From Amphiscolops sp. MND2022 (taxonomy: Eukaryota): DNA of 64,000 bases. Made by a program: the position numbers and the translations under genes. The notes under the pieces were generated by a model, which saw only the letters and a program-made list of their open reading frames with translations, ran no database searches and was not told the DNA's origin. This document shows, one piece after another, positions 59,386 through 64,000 of the stretch. How positions within the stretch are numbered: position 1 is the stretch's first letter; every line of letters begins with the position of its first letter. The stretch is taken from assembly GCA_964187785.1 (NCBI GenBank), contig OZ076416.1, positions 32,922,001 through 32,986,000 of the forward strand. Direction: 5' to 3'.

Positions 59386-62300
59386 ATGGCCAGTGGTGGA
59401 ACAATTGACCCTAAAGTGATGACCATTACCAAGGGAAAGTCCATCCAAAGGATGTCTTTCTCTGAAGGTTTGAAAAATTCTTCAGCATTGAAAGCTTGGA
59501 ATGATCATGAAGATCGCTTTGTGGAGTATTTCCGTTCCATGAAAAACCTTGGTCCTGACTTCGAACAGTTGAAAGAAAAGCAACAGGATTCTTCAAGTTT
59601 GAGATATGTTTTGGGGAACTTATATCTTAAATTCATGGAAATTAGAGACAAATTCGAAAAGGAATTCGAGTTTGGGCTGCCTATGCTCAAAGACAGATAC
59701 CATAGTGCCCGCAGAGAAGTAAAGACAGATCTTTTAAAAGAAATCGATCAATGTCTCTCGAATTGGACAGAAGTGTTCCCACAATTTGACGGTATAATAT
59801 TACTTGCAAAGTATGCAAAAAGTAAAGAGGATTTCTTGAAATATTGTCGAGCAGCAGACCACTGGTATCGAATAATGGATGATTTTCAAGCAAAAGCAAA
59901 AAATCTCCAGCAATTAATGATTAAAGGGGCGAGAGCTACTAGAATTAAATCAGTTTTACCTGAAGTTCAAGACCTGAAGGAAAAACTAGAAGAGACCTTG
60001 AACCAACAAAGAAGTTTTTTACAACCATTTCATCAAAATTTCTTGAAGCCAAAAGAAGAGGAGCTTGAACAAGCTAAGCTGCTGTTACATGAGGTAACAC
60101 AAGAATGTTTGTCTTATGTTGAGCCTTTGGATCCCTATGTAGATGAAACAGGTGCAGAATTCGATGTCACTTCCCAAAACTTAGATAGCAAAACCATCTT
60201 TTCAAATCCTGAGGAAGGACTTGATGAATTGGAAAGGGGTACAACTAATCCTGAAGAATCAACTAAGTCGGGTGTTGTAGGTTCACAGTTGTCGAAAGAC
60301 AACGTAAATGTTTCCGGCGCCTCAACGAAACAAAAGGCGAATGAGACTCTACAAAGAGGATTGAAACTGTTGAGAGATGTTAACCAATCCACAGTGTTTG
60401 ATAAAAACGAGGGTCGTGCGGAAGTTGCTCCTCGGCAAACAGGATCAGTGACCTTGAGTACAGCGAAGAGACGTACGCTAGTGGATCTTTCACCTTCACG
60501 AACTTTGCCGAAAAGCGATACCTACAAACCTCGGGAATCGAATGTGGGTTCCGACTTGTCAAAAGCAAGTGAACGACGGCGCTTAGAGATGCATGCTAAT
60601 GTATTAGAGCAAAAGTCGCAAATTGAAATTGAGAAGAGGCTGCGAGAGTTGAGATTGGAGAAAACAAAGAAACAAATGGAGATGAGCCAGAAGCTTTTTC
60701 ATTTACAAGCGGAAGCTGAAATAGCTGAAATGGAAAGCAAGAAAGCTCTTGAGCAACACGAAATGCGACTGCAGATAGAAGAGGCTGAAGGGTCATTTCG
60801 TGCTCCGTCACTTTGTCCAAGCCTGATGTCTCTCGTACTTGACGAAGACAAAAACAGCGACATCAAAAGTTGGTTAGAGCAAAGTGATGAGAATTTTGAT
60901 AAGTGTTTCTCCCAACCTAAGGAATCTAGCAGAGAAGTAGAAAACAAAGGGGGGTCGAGTGTGCTGCCGCAGAGACTTCCAGAATATTCTCATCAGAAAA
61001 ATCAACCATTGCCATCGCAACCTCAAAACAGAGCTACGAGTAAGTCACCCCAGAGAAAAAACCCTGTGATTACTCTTCCGAAGCCAATCACCTCACTTCA
61101 GCGAGGTAATGACGAACCGAAGCCTAAACTTGGATTCGCGAATACCACTTTCAAAGTAGAAAATCCTTTTCCTTCCTTTACCCCAGCGGTACCTGTACAT
61201 CAACCTGTACAATTTGTTCAAACAAGTTTACCTAAGTTGAAACTATCTGAATTTCATGGAGATCCATTAGAGTGGCCGGAATGGTCCAGTTTGTTCACAG
61301 CTACCATCCACAATGCACCTATCGATGACAATGCAAAAATGAGTCACTTGAAAATACTCGTTAAAGGCAAGGCCAAGGCGGCTATTGCGGGACTCGGTTA
61401 CTCAGGAGTCATGTACAGTGCAGCATGGAATGTTTTAGTCACCAATTTTGGACGTCCACAAACAATTGTTAATGCACAGATGAAGCAAATCCATTTGAGT
61501 CCGTTTATCAAGTCGCATGACTCAGCGGCTATCATAAAGTATGCTCAGTTGATCACGACTTGTGTCAATGTTTTGAAACAATTTGGTTTCACCGGAGATC
61601 TTTATTCGGAATCAGTTCTCAATTCAGCTTTGAGAAAGTTACCTCCTGAGCTGAAAACGAAATGGTTTTTCCTTGCAAAAAGCAAGAGCTATTATAATGC
61701 AGATCTTTGCAAGTTTAGTGAGTGGCTAAATGAAGTTGCCTATGTGCATGATGAAATGATGGTGCAATTCAAAACACCATTTGATAAAAAGGCATCTGGA
61801 TCGACAGAAAAGGTGAAGACGTCAACTTTCGTTGCCAATGACCAAGGTAAAACAACATCATCATCGAATAAGCAATGCCCATTAAAAGATGGCGAACATA
61901 AAATTTGGATGTGCAGCAAATTCAAACAAAAAACTGTCAACGAAAGGTATGAAATGTTGAAAAAACTGAAACTTTGTTTCTGTTGTCTCAATTCTCATCT
62001 GATTAAAGACTGCAAATCAGAACGTGTCTGCGGTGTGAATGGTTGCACTAAGAAACACAACAGGCTTCTACACTCTGATGCGCAGAAAATAGACAATGTC
62101 ACCAATGACAAGAAAACAGAAGACTCGGCGCCTCAAAGCAGGGCCGGCGGCTCGGCTATGATGTCGACAGGCAACAACGGGTTCTTACAGCTGATTCCTA
62201 TTTCGATAGGTAATGAAAAAAGATGTGTTGAAACCATTGCGCTCTGTGATACCGGATCCACTGTTTCGTTTATGGATCAAACTTTGGTTGATCTTCTCAG

Positions 62301-64000
62301 ATTGAAAGGTAAAGAATCGGTAATGTCCGTTGCCGGCATTCACGGTTTGTCTGATATGAAAACGCAAATAGTAACAGCAAAAGTGGGCTCCACCGAAACA
62401 GAAACGGCTGGAGAGACTGTAACGTTCTGCAGTCATCCTAACCTAAATGTTGGTGAAAAAGACTATGACTTCAGAAAACTAAAAGAAGAGTACCAATATT
62501 TATCTGATCTGCCTAATATTAAAGTCTCAATGACTGATGTTAAAGTTATTTTCGGTCAGGATGCTTATCATTTAATCAGGCCGCTGGAATACAAATCTGG
62601 CGAAAGAAATCAACCATGGGCAGTTAAAACAGCACTGGGTTGGACCATTAGCGGAGCCTTGCCAAAAAAGGAAGCTAGTAACCTATCAGTGTCCTGTAAT
62701 CTTTCAGTTGCATCCGACCCATTGGCGAATCAAATGAAAAAATGGTGGGACATGGAGACATACGCTTCAGTGTGTGATGTCTCTGGTCGATCCAAAGAAG
62801 AAAAAAGAGCACTTTCAATTTTAGAAAGAACAACAAAACACAACGGCGAGCGTTATGAAGTTGGTTTAATGTGGGTCGATGACAATCCCGATCTGCCTAA
62901 CAATTGTTACTCAGCGTATCAACAGTTCTTATCGATGGAAAAGAGACTAGAGAAGGACTCGGAAATGAAAAATGCATATCAAGCTACCATTGAAAAGGAT
63001 ATACAAAGTAATTTTGTTAGAAAACTCGGTCAAGAGGAGATTGACAAGACTGAAAATGATACGCAATGGTATTTACCTCATCACCCAGTGAAACATCCGC
63101 ACAAGCCAGGCAAAGTCAGAAGAGTTTGCAACGCAGCCTCGAAGTTCAAGGGAGTTTCGTTGAATGACAAACTACTTAGTGGACCTGACCTATTGCGGAA
63201 TCTAGTTGGAATAATTTTCAGGTTCAGAGAACATCAGATAGCAATCACTGCCGATATAGAGTCAATGTTTTTACAAGTAGCAGTTCCAAAGGAAGAATGT
63301 AGAGTTTTACGTTTTCTCTGGCGAGATAGACCAGATGATGACATTGGAGTTTTTGAGTACAACCGGCATGTGTTTGGAGCAAAAAGTTCCCCAACGTGTG
63401 CCAATTATGGTTTCCAACAAGGCGGTAGAGATAACAAAAAGGAGTTTCCGGTAGCAGCCGCTACAATAGACAGAAACTTCTATATGGACGACCTTGTCAA
63501 AAGCGTTGATACACCACAAGAGGCCATTGAATGTTATCAGCAGTTGGTGGAAACACTGAAGCGCAGTGGCTTCACTTTGAAGAAGTGGGCGAGCAATTGC
63601 CCTGACGTGCTTGAAATTATCCCCTCGGAAGATCATTTGGAGTCTAATGAATTTACATTAAACGCAGAGTCATCACCCATCCTAGGTCTAGAATGGATAA
63701 TAGATGCGGACAGTCTTCAAGTCTGCCGAGGACCAAACAAAGGATGCCCAAACGAAGTGACACAGCGAGTGGTATTATCTTTTGTTTCATCGGTATTTGA
63801 TCCCATGGGAATCTTTGCACCGTTTACCATGCGAATGAGGATGCTTTTGAAAAGTATTTGGATTCGTTTTGGTCAGTCATGGGACGAAAATATCAACGAA
63901 GAAGATAAGCGAATCTTTCTCGAGTGGGTAAAAGAAATGCAGACAATAAAACAGACATCCCTCCCTCGGAAGTATTTTTCCAATATCCCCAAAAACTTGA
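59386..64000 (+). mobile_element. BEL/Pao LTR retrotransposon gag-pol polyprotein, open to the window end (>1538 codons)
   Basis: LPKLKLSEFHGDPLEWPEW (DUF1759-type gag), three Cys/His knuckles, LCDTGS protease (62248) and WYLPHH..FGAKSSP..YMDD RT (63481) are all in the ATG-59386 frame. It is absent from the ORF track because there is no stop in the window. Confidence 0.93.

Overview
Eukaryotic (invertebrate-type, AT-rich, short-intron) genomic DNA, not prokaryotic. No CRISPR array, rRNA or tRNA gene was seen. From memory the repeat landscape resembles an acoel worm genome, but this is a low-confidence inference. Bases 1-22 kb are a gene-dense host block with every recognisable host gene on the minus strand: PCNA, an 850-aa protein with SxIP motifs, an unidentified multi-exon gene, DNAJC17, N6AMT1/HEMK2, BNIP1/SEC20 and METTL18. 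The last four are closely spaced once a near-intact hAT transposon is removed, and each has a TTTCAG acceptor 4-10 nt before its ATG, which suggests an SL-trans-spliced operon. Bases 22-64 kb are nested mobile DNA: two CR1-type LINEs that share an AUGA ORF1/ORF2 overlap, a Gypsy gag cut by a 200-N gap, a 23-kb giant Gypsy element, and the 5' part of an apparently intact BEL/Pao element. The giant Gypsy has LTRs at 29481-30214 and 51800-52514, a tRNA-Arg-like PBS, a PPT and a 5-bp TSD. Downstream of pol it carries extra ORFs: a TARG1/OARD1-like macrodomain, which reads in frame after removing a 1.4-kb DNA transposon, and an SGNH-hydrolase-like domain that has been internally duplicated. All domain calls are by-eye motif matches; no database search was run.
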